Shown here in pieces: positions 46,044 through 55,425 of a DNA stretch of 63,010 nt; positions within the stretch are counted from its first letter, which is position 1, and every line of letters begins with the position of its first letter. The notes below the pieces were generated by a model. It was not told where the DNA came from and did no database searches. It was given only the letters and a program-made list of their open reading frames with translations. The position numbers and the translations under genes were made by a program. The stretch is taken from positions 1 to 63,010 of the forward strand of contig SLKR01000019.1 of NCBI GenBank assembly GCA_007134525.1, written 5' to 3'. This DNA comes from Bacteroidales bacterium (GTDB lineage Bacteria; Bacteroidota; Bacteroidia; Bacteroidales; UBA7960).

Positions 46044-48479
46044 ATGTCAAAGGGAAGACCCTGTCTTACAATATTTTTATTATTTGCGTTTATAACATTT
46101 CAGCTTACGGCGCTTGATTTATCAGGCGCCCGGGGATATATTCCTGATGAGATGTTTGAAATCGGGGAGGTGCCTGACAGGAAAGCCGTTTACGGTGTTG
46201 TTTTCGATGAGAAAGGAATTCCCCTGCCGGGAGCAAATGTTTTCCTGCAGGAATTGCGCCAGGGTGTTCAGACAGATATCGGAGGACGCTTTATTATAGC
46301 GGGACTTGACCCGGGAGAGTACGAACTTCTGATATCATATCTGGGCTACAGCAAGGCCTCTTACACTTTTTTCCTGGAATCTTCTTCCGTTTATGTTGAA
46401 ATACAGATGGAAGCATCTGACCTTTTGCTTGATGAGGTTGTTGTAAGTGAGGCCAGGAGTGTGTTGCCCGTTGCTGGACGCACCCTTGATACAAGGTTTA
46501 TTGACAGGGGCTTTATCGAACAAAACCCGGGCAACACCCTTATGCAGTCTCTGGCCGCACTGCCCGGTATAAACTCTATGGATATAGGCTCAGGGATTTC
46601 CAAACCTGTTATCAGAGGGATGTCGCACAACAGGGTTGTTTTCGCTGATCACAATATAAAACAGGAAGGACATCAGTGGGGATCCGATCACGGCCTTGAG
46701 ATCGACCCCTATTCAGTTGAGAGGCTTGAGATAATAAAAGGGCCGTCAGCTCTGCTATATGGAAGCGATGCAATCGGGGGTGCCATAAACATCAGGCCGC
46801 CTTCGGTGCCGTCGGTTAACTCCCTGCGTACTGAAACAGTACTTGGTGGCAGAAGTAATAACAGCCTGGCTGCCCTGTCTCAGATGGCCGAGTACAGCAG
46901 GGACGGAAATTTTTTACGCTTCAGAATAACAGTTCAGGACTATGCTGATTACAAAGTGCCTGCCGAGAGTTTCACATATAATAACTGGATTATCCCGATA
47001 AGGGACGGGATCCTGGCCAATACATCAGGACGTGATCTCAGCATGATGTTTACTGCAGGAACAAGGGGAAGCTGGGGAGTTTCGACGATCACAACCAGCA
47101 ACTTCAGCCAGGAAGCAGGTTTTTTCCCTGGATCACACGGGCTGCCTGATGCATCGGCTCTTGAAAACTACCGGTATTCAAGAAACCCGTCTTACCCTAA
47201 GCAAAGGATAGACCATTTCAAGGTGATTTCCAATACAAGTGTATTTATTCCCGGAGGATGGCTTGATGTGGATATAGGTTACCAGCGCAACCATCGCAGG
47301 GAGTTCAACAATCCTCATTTACACGGCCAGGGACCTTTACCGGATTCGAACCTGGAGCTGGAGCTCATATTAAGTACCTTTTCATCCGACATAAGGTATA
47401 ATTATAATCCGGATGGGAATAAAAGTTTTATTGCAGGTTTGTCTGGCAGGTGGCAGGAAAACAATATAGGCGGCTACGGATTCCTGCTTCCTAAATACAA
47501 TGAGTATGGACTGGGGGTTTATAACATATTCAGCTGGCAAAAAACAGATGAACTGAATATTGATATCGGAGCCAGGCTAGACTGGGCACGGGTTGATATT
47601 TTAGCTTATTATGAAGAGATATGGGCCGACAGGAATACCCTGTCTCATTACAGGGAAAGGAGTCCGGACTTTGATGGCACTTTTTTGAATTTCACAGCCA
47701 ATGCGGGGGCCTCATGGGAGGCAGACAGGGGTCTGAACCTAAGGTTCAATATCGGAAGCAGTTACCGTACACCAAATGCAACAGAGCTTTCGGCAAACGG
47801 ATTGCATCACGGTTCTTTCAGGCATGAAATGGGTGATACAACTCTGCTGACAGAGCGAGCCTATCAGCTTGACCTTGGAGTTGTTCTTGAAAAAAGGGAA
47901 ATATACATCGCTTTTAGCCCGTTTCTGAACTATTTCCCGAACTATCTTTTTCTCCGGCCGTCTGGTAGGTTTTCGTTTTTGCCGGGTGCAGGCCAGATAT
48001 ATCTTTTCAGCCAAACCAGGGCGCTGCATGCCGGTGGGGAGATTTATGCCGAATACAGCCTGAGCCGAACGCTTGATGTATCCCTGACGGGTGAACTGAT
48101 ATGGGCGGAGGATCTTAAGGAAAGGTTTCCCCTGCCTTTTATTCCACCACCTGCAGTTAAAACAGAGTTGTCATATGCCCCAGCAGGCCTTCCATGGTCT
48201 GAGGCAGAGCTGAAATTAAGGTTTTCTGTCAGGAGTGTTGCGGGCCAGTCGAGAGTTGCCCGGAATGAACCTGCAACCGATTCATATACATTGGTAAATG
48301 CCGGATTTACCTTAAGGTTCCCTGCAGGCAGTTCAGACATCTACTTTAGTTTCTTTGTAAGGAATATATCCGATAAAAAATACAAGAACCATCTTAGCTT
48401 CTACAGGCGGCTGGAACTGCCCGAGCCTGGCCGAAATTTTGTTATGACACTTGGAATACCATTAAATTTTAGAGACTGA
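46044..48479 (+). CDS. TonB-dependent receptor with N-terminal CarboxypepD_reg-like domain
   Basis: The 811-aa ORF has a signal peptide, a VYGVVFDEKGIPLPGANV... Ig-like domain, a plug (DEVVVSE, IKGPSALLYGSDAIGGAINI) and a beta-barrel. Confidence 0.92.
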   Translation: MSKGRPCLTIFLLFAFITFQLTALDLSGARGYIPDEMFEIGEVPDRKAVYGVVFDEKGIPLPGANVFLQELRQGVQTDIGGRFIIAGLDPGEYELLISYLGYSKASYTFFLESSSVYVEIQMEASDLLLDEVVVSEARSVLPVAGRTLDTRFIDRGFIEQNPGNTLMQSLAALPGINSMDIGSGISKPVIRGMSHNRVVFADHNIKQEGHQWGSDHGLEIDPYSVERLEIIKGPSALLYGSDAIGGAINIRPPSVPSVNSLRTETVLGGRSNNSLAALSQMAEYSRDGNFLRFRITVQDYADYKVPAESFTYNNWIIPIRDGILANTSGRDLSMMFTAGTRGSWGVSTITTSNFSQEAGFFPGSHGLPDASALENYRYSRNPSYPKQRIDHFKVISNTSVFIPGGWLDVDIGYQRNHRREFNNPHLHGQGPLPDSNLELELILSTFSSDIRYNYNPDGNKSFIAGLSGRWQENNIGGYGFLLPKYNEYGLGVYNIFSWQKTDELNIDIGARLDWARVDILAYYEEIWADRNTLSHYRERSPDFDGTFLNFTANAGASWEADRGLNLRFNIGSSYRTPNATELSANGLHHGSFRHEMGDTTLLTERAYQLDLGVVLEKREIYIAFSPFLNYFPNYLFLRPSGRFSFLPGAGQIYLFSQTRALHAGGEIYAEYSLSRTLDVSLTGELIWAEDLKERFPLPFIPPPAVKTELSYAPAGLPWSEAELKLRFSVRSVAGQSRVARNEPATDSYTLVNAGFTLRFPAGSSDIYFSFFVRNISDKKYKNHLSFYRRLELPEPGRNFVMTLGIPLNFRD

Positions 48480-48536
48480 AAGTTGCCGGAAGGCACCCTA
48501 AGTATTTTTTTTGTTTAACCGATAAATCTGATTTAA

Positions 48537-48962
48537 ATGAGAACTAACTGGATTATCTATTTGTTTGTTGTTTCTATGGGCCTTCTGATTGCTGCCTGCA
48601 GCGATGAGGATATCGATACAGAAAAACCCATGATGATTGTATATTCACCCGGAGAGGGCCAGGAGTTCAGGCCGGGGGATAATATAAATTTCCTGGCAGA
48701 GTTTACTGATAATGTCGGGCTTAGTGAGTACAAGATCGACATTCACTACGGCGGTGATCATGAACATAAAAAACATGAAGATAACCTTGACAGCTGGCAT
48801 TATGAATATATAGGTGAACTATCCGGTAAGGAGCAGGAGGTTTATCTGGAGATAGAAACACCTTCAGAACTCAGGACGGGAGAATACCACTTTATAGTAT
48901 TTCTGTCGGATCTCTCCGGGAATGAATCCGTTGGCGTCATAGAAATACATATTGAACAATGA
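48537..48962 (+). CDS. small His-rich lipoprotein, DUF4625-like receptor partner
   Basis: The 141-aa ORF has the lipobox LIAAC-SDED. Its Ig-like body contains IDIHYGGDHEHKKHED and YHFIVFLSDLSGNES, a pattern I associate with DUF4625 proteins next to TonB-dependent receptors. Confidence 0.7.
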   Translation: MRTNWIIYLFVVSMGLLIAACSDEDIDTEKPMMIVYSPGEGQEFRPGDNINFLAEFTDNVGLSEYKIDIHYGGDHEHKKHEDNLDSWHYEYIGELSGKEQEVYLEIETPSELRTGEYHFIVFLSDLSGNESVGVIEIHIEQ

Positions 48963-48967
48963 TATAG

Positions 48968-49660
48968 CTACCTGCTCCAGGATACCGCATTTACGCCATC
49001 AATCCTGAAGAGTTTTTCAATGACGCCAACGCCCACCTCAGCCTGTTTGTATTTGACAAGGAAGCGGATCCTGATATCACCATCCTTATTTATGGCTTCG
49101 ATATCATAGCCCTTGACATGGAAGCCCATTGAGATAATTTCGCTTCTTGAGCTTTCGTAGAATTTCGTACCTCCGGTACCCTGAAGGAATATCTCTCCGT
49201 AGTGTTCCGATTTAATATCTATTCGGTGTAGTACGAATAGCGAGAAAAGGACCAGAACCGTAGCTACTATTGCCAGGAAATACTGCCCCAGGCCTGTTGT
49301 TATGCCTATTGCTGCAACCACCCATATGGAGGCTGCGGTGGTAAGCCCCATAACATGGTCCTTGCCTTTTAGAATTGTTCCTGCTCCCAGGAAGCCTATT
49401 CCGGTGATAACACCTGCAGCTGCCCTTGCCGGATCCATTGCCAGAATGTCTGCGCCGGCATTTGCAAGTGCATCCTGTAACTGGTCGAAGGATACGATTA
49501 TCAGGGCAGAGCCAAGGCATACCAGTATATGTGTACGCAAACCCGCAGGTCTGCCGTGAACCTCCCTTTCCAGTCCGACAAGTGCACCGAGCAGTGTTGC
49601 CAGAAGCAGCTGCAGAACCAGCTGAAAATCCCAAATTATTCTTAACTGTTCTCCATTCAT
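48968..49660 (-). CDS. mgtC: MgtC/SapB family membrane protein with C-terminal ACT-like domain
   Basis: The 230-aa ORF has the motif LLGALVGLEREVHGRPAGLRTHILV. Confidence 0.88.
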   Translation of the reverse strand: MNGEQLRIIWDFQLVLQLLLATLLGALVGLEREVHGRPAGLRTHILVCLGSALIIVSFDQLQDALANAGADILAMDPARAAAGVITGIGFLGAGTILKGKDHVMGLTTAASIWVVAAIGITTGLGQYFLAIVATVLVLFSLFVLHRIDIKSEHYGEIFLQGTGGTKFYESSRSEIISMGFHVKGYDIEAINKDGDIRIRFLVKYKQAEVGVGVIEKLFRIDGVNAVSWSR

Positions 49661-49765
49661 TGTGTTTCTGTTTATTGCTTTTTTTAAGATACTAAATTAC
49701 TACATAGAAGGTAATTTTGATCAGGTAAAAAGTATATTTTATTGTGTAATTTTATAGATCAAGGC

Positions 49766-50314
49766 ATGACATACTGTGAAAAGGCAAGAAATCTTGAAAA
49801 AGTCCATTTGGACCGGATACATCATGATACTGTTCATGGGTTTGCGGTTAATGATGATAATGAGCTGTTCGGCAGGCTAATTCTTGAAATAAACCAGGCA
49901 GGCCTGAGCTGGCTTCTGATGCTTAAAAAACAGGATAATTTCAAAAAGGCTTTCAGTGATTTTGATGTATCAGCCGTTTCAGAATACGGAGAAAGCGACA
50001 GGAGACGCCTGTTGTCGGATGCAGGCATAGTCAGGAACCGGGTGAAGATAGATTCTGTAATACACAATGCAGCTGTAATACGCAAGCTGCAAAAGGAGCA
50101 CACTTCCTTCAAGGCATGGCTTGATCGTCATCACCCCAGGAAACCTGAAGAATGGACAAGGCTGTTTAAAAATACATTCCGTTTTATGGGTCCTGAGATC
50201 GTCAATGAATTCCTGATGAGCACCGGATACCTGCCGGGCGCACACAACAGCGACTGTCCTGTTTACGGGAAAGTCATTCTTTCCGGCCCCATGTGGTTAA
50301 AGAAGACCGGATAG
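49766..50314 (+). CDS. tag: DNA-3-methyladenine glycosylase I (Tag)-like protein
   Basis: I trimmed the ORF to ATG 49766. It has LFGRLILEINQAGLSW, IVRNRVKI and FMGPEIVNEFLMSTGY motifs. Candidate zinc-snap ligands are present (Cys4, a His in IHHD, and H-x3-C in GAHNSDC). Confidence 0.8.
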   Translation: MTYCEKARNLEKVHLDRIHHDTVHGFAVNDDNELFGRLILEINQAGLSWLLMLKKQDNFKKAFSDFDVSAVSEYGESDRRRLLSDAGIVRNRVKIDSVIHNAAVIRKLQKEHTSFKAWLDRHHPRKPEEWTRLFKNTFRFMGPEIVNEFLMSTGYLPGAHNSDCPVYGKVILSGPMWLKKTG

Positions 50315-50315
50315 T

Positions 50316-51182
50316 ATGAATGAAGCAAGATACTACACAAGAACCGGCGATGGTAAAACAAAGTGTTTACTTTGTCCGCATTTCTGCCTGCTTGAGAGTG
50401 GGGAGGCAGGAATCTGCCGTGTGCGCCGCAATCAGGAAGGAATACTTGTTGCAGAAAGCTATGGAAGGGTGTCTGCCCTCAACTCTGACCCGGTTGAGAA
50501 AAAGCCCCTCTACCATTACTTTCCAGGCAATATGATACTTTCTGTTGGCAGCTATGGCTGCAACTTTCGATGTGCCTGGTGCCAGAATGCCGCCATTTCG
50601 CAGTGCGGTCCGGGCCGGCAAACAGCTTCAGGGAATATCACCCCAAAAGAACTGGCTGAAAAGGCTGTTAGTTCTGGAGGGATTGGTCTGGCATACACAT
50701 ACAATGAACCGGCAGTATGGTTTGAGTTTATGGTCGACACGGCAAGGCTGGTAAGGGAGGCAGGCAGAAAAAATGTTGTTGTCACAAACGGCTTTATAAA
50801 CCGTGATCCCCTTGAAGAGCTTATTGATGAGTGTGATGCGTTCAATGTTGACCTGAAGTCATTCAGCCATGATTTTTACCGCCGTCATACAGGGGGTAGT
50901 CTTTCGCCTGTCTTAAATACCATACAGGCAATTTCCGGCAGGGGGTTGCATCTTGAGATAAGCTTCCTGGTTGTTACAGGCCTGAACGAGAACCCTGACA
51001 CATTCAGGGATATGGTTGCCTGGCTGAGCAAGGAGGCAGGCAGCGAATGCGTGCTTCACATAAACAGATATTTCCCGTCCTGGAATATGAGCAACCCGCC
51101 ATCACCGCTTGACACTTTGATGAACATGAAGTCCGTAGCCGAGGAATACCTGGATTATGTATATCTTGGTAACGTACACTGA
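50316..51182 (+). CDS. amrS: AmmeMemoRadiSam system radical SAM enzyme
   Basis: The 288-aa ORF has the CX3CX2C motif in GSYGCNFRCAWCQN, preceded by an N-terminal Cys cluster (CLLCPHFC...C). It starts 1 nt after the tag stop. Confidence 0.85.
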   Translation: MNEARYYTRTGDGKTKCLLCPHFCLLESGEAGICRVRRNQEGILVAESYGRVSALNSDPVEKKPLYHYFPGNMILSVGSYGCNFRCAWCQNAAISQCGPGRQTASGNITPKELAEKAVSSGGIGLAYTYNEPAVWFEFMVDTARLVREAGRKNVVVTNGFINRDPLEELIDECDAFNVDLKSFSHDFYRRHTGGSLSPVLNTIQAISGRGLHLEISFLVVTGLNENPDTFRDMVAWLSKEAGSECVLHINRYFPSWNMSNPPSPLDTLMNMKSVAEEYLDYVYLGNVH

Positions 51183-51196
51183 TAAATATATCTGTG

Positions 51197-52045
51197 ATGG
51201 AAAAACAGCCCTTTATAAGGAAGGCCGGTGTAGCCGGCATGTTTTACCCCTCAGACCCATCCGGGATAATACGTCTTTTGGAAGCTGCACTGGATGAAGA
51301 AAAGGAAAATATAAGAGATCCGGATTACGGGAAAAAGATAATCGGTGCTGTATTGCCACATGCCGGTATGGTTTACTGTGCACGGCAAACCGTACATTTT
51401 TTTGCGAATTACATAAGGCAGGAGAAAGCCGTTAATGGCGACCTCACTGTGGTTATCGTTCATCCCAACCATGCCGGGTATGGACCTGAGTTGTCAACAG
51501 ATGGCCATGACTTCTGGGAAACTCCCCTTGGCAGGGTATCAGTCGACAGTGAGTTTACACTTACAGATATTCCTTTATCTGAAGGAGCTCAGAAAGGGGA
51601 GCATTCTGCCGAGGTGATCCTGCCCTACCTGCAATACTTCCTTAAGGATGGCTTCAGGATAGTAAGTATCAATATGCTTGGACAGGACCAAGTGAATGCC
51701 AGATTTGTGGCGGAAAAGGTATTTGAAGCTGAAAAAAGAACCGGACGAAGGGTGCTTTTAATAGCATCATCCGATTTTTCCCACTTCCTGAGCCCAGAAG
51801 AGGGCAGGGAGCTGGATGACCTTGTTTTGCAAAGGATTTTAAACAAAGAGCCCAAAGCCGTTTACGATATTGTAAAAAAACACAACATCTCTGTATGCGG
51901 ATACGGACCTGTTATGGCATTAATGGAATATGCATCAATGCTCCCTGGGCACTATAAGGTGCATTTGCTGAACCGGGGTCACTCAGGTGAGGTGTCGCCT
52001 TCAAAACGGGTGGTTAATTACAACAGCCTTCTTTTTGAAATATAA
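51197..52045 (+). CDS. amrB: AmmeMemoRadiSam system protein B (MEMO1 family)
   Basis: The roughly 282-aa ORF (alternative GTG start at 51194) has the motifs AGMFYP, LPHAGMVY, HPNHAG, WETPLG, EHSAEVILPYLQ and SSDFSH. Confidence 0.85.
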   Translation: MEKQPFIRKAGVAGMFYPSDPSGIIRLLEAALDEEKENIRDPDYGKKIIGAVLPHAGMVYCARQTVHFFANYIRQEKAVNGDLTVVIVHPNHAGYGPELSTDGHDFWETPLGRVSVDSEFTLTDIPLSEGAQKGEHSAEVILPYLQYFLKDGFRIVSINMLGQDQVNARFVAEKVFEAEKRTGRRVLLIASSDFSHFLSPEEGRELDDLVLQRILNKEPKAVYDIVKKHNISVCGYGPVMALMEYASMLPGHYKVHLLNRGHSGEVSPSKRVVNYNSLLFEI

Positions 52046-52047
52046 AC

Positions 52048-52584
52048 CTAATTCAGGGGATTGGCAACCATCTTGCCTGTAAACTCCATATTGATTATAA
52101 AAGCAAGTGGTCCCTCATTGATATCCCCCTGCGTATGCAACTGAAAACGGTGAGGGGGATCAGCGGCAAGGTTGCCCAGCAGTTTAATCCCTTCGGAATT
52201 ATGTGTCAGGGTCGTTTTGTTATTCAAAAGGTCCTGAATCACCAGTCCGCCAAGGCTGGCAACAAGTGTTTCCCCGCTTCCGTCCTGACGGGAAACGCTT
52301 ATTGACCCGCCTGAGAAAGTCTGGCCCTCAACTGCCTGCAGGGAAGTAATCCATATCTCGACCCTGTTTATATTTACCTCTTTTATCTTGCTTCCATATT
52401 CTTCGATCACATCTACATTGGAGGCCAGATCATAAATTTGAGACCTTGTAAACGACTCCTGCTGAGTGTTTACATTGAACACTGCAACAAATGATATATC
52501 CTCCTCCACATCAAGCAGGTCCTTGCATTGTGTGAACAAAAAAGCCAAACAGATAAGCGCGGTGATGACTGGTAGTTTTTTCAT
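52048..52584 (-). CDS. hypothetical lipoprotein
   Basis: The 178-aa ORF has the lipobox FLFTQC-KD and no recognisable family. Confidence 0.7.
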   Translation of the reverse strand: MKKLPVITALICLAFLFTQCKDLLDVEEDISFVAVFNVNTQQESFTRSQIYDLASNVDVIEEYGSKIKEVNINRVEIWITSLQAVEGQTFSGGSISVSRQDGSGETLVASLGGLVIQDLLNNKTTLTHNSEGIKLLGNLAADPPHRFQLHTQGDINEGPLAFIINMEFTGKMVANPLN

Positions 52585-52778
52585 AATTGCATATTGGTTA
52601 GTTTGTGAGCTAAAATTATAAAAAAAAACATCAAAAAGTAGTGTAGGCGTGATTTTATGAGTAATTTTTTAATAAATGGATTTGTAGTTTTTATCAGCCG
52701 AGGCAAACAATAGACGCCCATTTTTTGTATATTGTAAATATTAAAGCATAATATGGATAAATACAAAAAATCAGGATC

Positions 52779-52937
52779 ATGATAAAAGGAAAAGTATTAC
52801 TCGGGCTTGTAGCTGGTTTTTCTGTTGGAACCATTCTGGGGGCGTTATTCGGGTCAGGAAGGCGTGATAAGACTGATGCCCAAAAAGCAGACAAGGATAA
52901 ATCAAAGGATAAGGATGAAGTAGTGGTAAAATACTGA
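52779..52937 (+). CDS. 52-aa single-pass membrane micro-protein, YtxH-like (not in ORF track)
   Basis: Hand translation gives MIKGKVLLGLVAGFSVGTILGALFGSGRRDKTDAQKADKDKSKDKDEVVVKY. The TGA stop at 52935-52937 lies 1 nt before the znuA-like ATG. Confidence 0.5.
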   Translation: MIKGKVLLGLVAGFSVGTILGALFGSGRRDKTDAQKADKDKSKDKDEVVVKY

Positions 52938-52938
52938 A

Positions 52939-53823
52939 ATGGGAAAGGAAGGTTTTTTTAGGCTTTTTTTGTTTGTCTTTGTGACCTTTTGGCTCCATGC
53001 CTGTTCAGCCGGTACTGAAAAAGACAAGAAGGGAATCGTATCGGTGAGCATAATGCCTGTCGGTTATTTTGTTGACCGGCTCACGGATTCAGGGATTGAG
53101 GTAAATGTTATGGTACCCCCGGGTGCCAGCCATGCCACCTATTCCCCAACAACCGGGCAACTAAGGGATTTGTCGGAGTCGGGCATATACTTCCGTATCG
53201 GCTATCTTGGTTATGAGATGGCATTCATTAACCGTTTATCGGGAATCAACCCGGATATGCTTGTGGTTGATCTTTCAGAAGGCATCGGACTTATAAGGGG
53301 GGAGCCGGTGGATCACGGCGACCATATACATGAGGGCGGTATAGACCCCCATATCTGGATGTCGCCTAAAGTAATTCTTGATATCCTGCCGGCGATAAAG
53401 AATGCACTGGTCATTACCTATCCGGACCTTTCTGAAGCCATTGAGGAAAGATACCCTGAAGTCTATGATGAAGTAATGGAGGTTCACCTGGTTCTTGAAG
53501 AGGTTGCAGCAGGGCTGGAAAAAAAGGAATTTATGATATTTCACCCGGCACTTACCTATCTTGCACGGGATTACGGGTTTAATCAGATTCCTATCGAACG
53601 GCACGGCAGGGAACCTTCTCCGGCAATGCTAAGGCAGGTCATAGCCGATGCCAGGGTGCAGGAGGTGTCTGTTATCTTTATCCAGGAGGAGTTTGATATT
53701 AGGAATGCCCAACTTGTGGGTGAGGAGACCGGAGCCCGCCTGGTTCAGATCAGACCTCTGGATTATGACTGGACAGGCGGGATGAAGGAAATAATTGAGG
53801 TTTTCAAAAGCAGTATGAAATGA
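52939..53823 (+). CDS. znuA: metal (probably zinc) ABC transporter substrate-binding protein, TroA/ZnuA cluster
   Basis: The 294-aa ORF has a short His-rich loop (VDHGDHIHEGGIDPHIWMSP) and the motif FHPALTYLARDYG. Confidence 0.82.
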   Translation: MGKEGFFRLFLFVFVTFWLHACSAGTEKDKKGIVSVSIMPVGYFVDRLTDSGIEVNVMVPPGASHATYSPTTGQLRDLSESGIYFRIGYLGYEMAFINRLSGINPDMLVVDLSEGIGLIRGEPVDHGDHIHEGGIDPHIWMSPKVILDILPAIKNALVITYPDLSEAIEERYPEVYDEVMEVHLVLEEVAAGLEKKEFMIFHPALTYLARDYGFNQIPIERHGREPSPAMLRQVIADARVQEVSVIFIQEEFDIRNAQLVGEETGARLVQIRPLDYDWTGGMKEIIEVFKSSMK

Positions 53824-54566
53824 GCAATCCATTGCTTGTTTTGGAGAATGTAAGCACCGGTTACTTCTCGCAAACCGTGCTTGAAGAAATAAACCTGAAG
53901 GTTTATCCTGATGACTTTATAGGCATAATAGGCCCCAATGGTGGAGGAAAGACAACTCTTGTCAAGCTGATCCTTGGCCTTCAGCCTCTGTTTTCGGGAA
54001 GGATTTACTTCCCGGTCGGCAAGCTGAGAACAGGATATCTGCCACAGGCAACCCAGGTTGACAGGAGCTTTCCTATAACCGTGAAGGAAGTTGTCTCCTC
54101 CGGACTTAAAATCAGAAACCCCCTATTCCCGCACCTTACTTCAACACAGAAAACCAGAGTGGATCAAATGCTTGAGGATGCAGGGCTGGCAGGACTTGCC
54201 TCCAGGCCAATAGGTGAACTTAGCGGAGGACAGTTGCAGAAGACCTTACTGTGCAGAGCCCTTGTTGAAAAGCCCCACCTGCTTATACTGGATGAACCAA
54301 ATTCACATGTTGACAAGAAATTCGAACGGGAGCTTTACGGCTGGCTGGGCGAACTGAGCCGGGAAATGGCTATCTTGTTGGTTTCTCATGATATCGGAAC
54401 CATAACACCGATGGTAAAGACCATTGCATGTGTAAACCATAGCCTGCACTACCATCCTTCAAACCAGATATCCGAGGAGATGCTTAAGGTGTATAATTGT
54501 CCGGTCGACATAATTGCACATGGCCCGGTACCCCACAGGGTGTTAAGAGTACATGATGATGAGTGA
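53820..54566 (+). CDS. znuC: metal ABC transporter ATP-binding protein
   Basis: The 248-aa ORF has Walker A GPNGGGKTT, the signature LSGGQLQ and Walker B LLILDEP. It overlaps the upstream gene by 4 nt. Confidence 0.88.
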   Translation: MSNPLLVLENVSTGYFSQTVLEEINLKVYPDDFIGIIGPNGGGKTTLVKLILGLQPLFSGRIYFPVGKLRTGYLPQATQVDRSFPITVKEVVSSGLKIRNPLFPHLTSTQKTRVDQMLEDAGLAGLASRPIGELSGGQLQKTLLCRALVEKPHLLILDEPNSHVDKKFERELYGWLGELSREMAILLVSHDIGTITPMVKTIACVNHSLHYHPSNQISEEMLKVYNCPVDIIAHGPVPHRVLRVHDDE

Positions 54567-55422
54567 GTTTTTTTCGATCTTCGAATACCAGTTTTTTCAG
54601 AATGCGATTGCAGCAGCCGTGCTGACTTCGGTAATCGCCTCAATGGTAGGTACCTATATGGTGTCAAGAAAGATAGTTTTCATTGGTGGGGGGATTACCC
54701 ACGCATCATTCGGCGGGATAGGCCTTGCATATTATATGGGGCTGAACCCCTTTGCCGGGGCCGCGGTTTTTGCTGTAATGACGGCTCTCGGAATTGAATG
54801 GATTTCTGACAAGGGAAAGGTGAGGGAGGACAGCGCCATAGCCGTATTGTGGTCGCTGGGCATGGCACTTGGCATTATCTTCGTTTTCATAACACCAGGC
54901 TATACGCCAAACCTGATGACATTCCTTTTCGGCAGCATACTTTCGGTCGGAATTCCGGATCTGTTGCTGTTGCTGTTTTTTGCCATATTCCTGGTAATAC
55001 TCTTTTTGGTCTTCTTCAGGCCCATCCTCTATACAGCCTTTGACCCTGAGTTTGCAAAAACAAAAGGAATCGCTGTTTCACTATACAGGTATATGATGTC
55101 AGTTGTAATGGCGCTTGCAATTGTATTAAGCATACGTACGGTTGGAATTATACTGGTGCTTAGTATTTTTACCATTCCGCAGATTACGGCGATGATTTTT
55201 ACACGCGATTTCCGCAAGGTAATACCCTGGGCGGCAGCTCTTGGTGCTTTTGGATCGGTTGCCGGGCTTGTCGCAGCATACGCTCTTGATATTCCTGCAA
55301 GTGCTGCGGTTATCTTTTTCCTGACAATACAGTTTTTAATTATCAAGGCGTTTTTTATGCTAACCGGCAGGCTCTTGAACTTAAGGTTGAAAAATATGTT
55401 CTACAGGTACAAAAAAGATTGA
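54553..55422 (+). CDS. znuB: metal ABC transporter permease
   Basis: The 289-aa ORF is an ABC-3 family polytopic membrane protein. It overlaps znuC by 14 nt. Confidence 0.88.
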   Translation: MMMSEFFSIFEYQFFQNAIAAAVLTSVIASMVGTYMVSRKIVFIGGGITHASFGGIGLAYYMGLNPFAGAAVFAVMTALGIEWISDKGKVREDSAIAVLWSLGMALGIIFVFITPGYTPNLMTFLFGSILSVGIPDLLLLLFFAIFLVILFLVFFRPILYTAFDPEFAKTKGIAVSLYRYMMSVVMALAIVLSIRTVGIILVLSIFTIPQITAMIFTRDFRKVIPWAAALGAFGSVAGLVAAYALDIPASAAVIFFLTIQFLIIKAFFMLTGRLLNLRLKNMFYRYKKD

Positions 55423-55425
55423 AAA

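Noticed and set aside
49212-49634. A 140-aa alternative-frame ORF lies within mgtC on the same strand.
   Set aside because: It is Arg/Cys/Gly-rich out-of-frame sequence. The region is explained by the conserved MgtC frame.
52690-52778. A Zur/Fur-type operator might lie upstream of the znu-like operon, in AT-rich imperfect inverted repeats around TGTATATTGTAAATATTAAAGCATAATATGGATAAATACA.
   Set aside because: The symmetry is weak, and I do not know the operator consensus for this lineage. AT-rich promoter DNA produces such pseudo-palindromes by chance.
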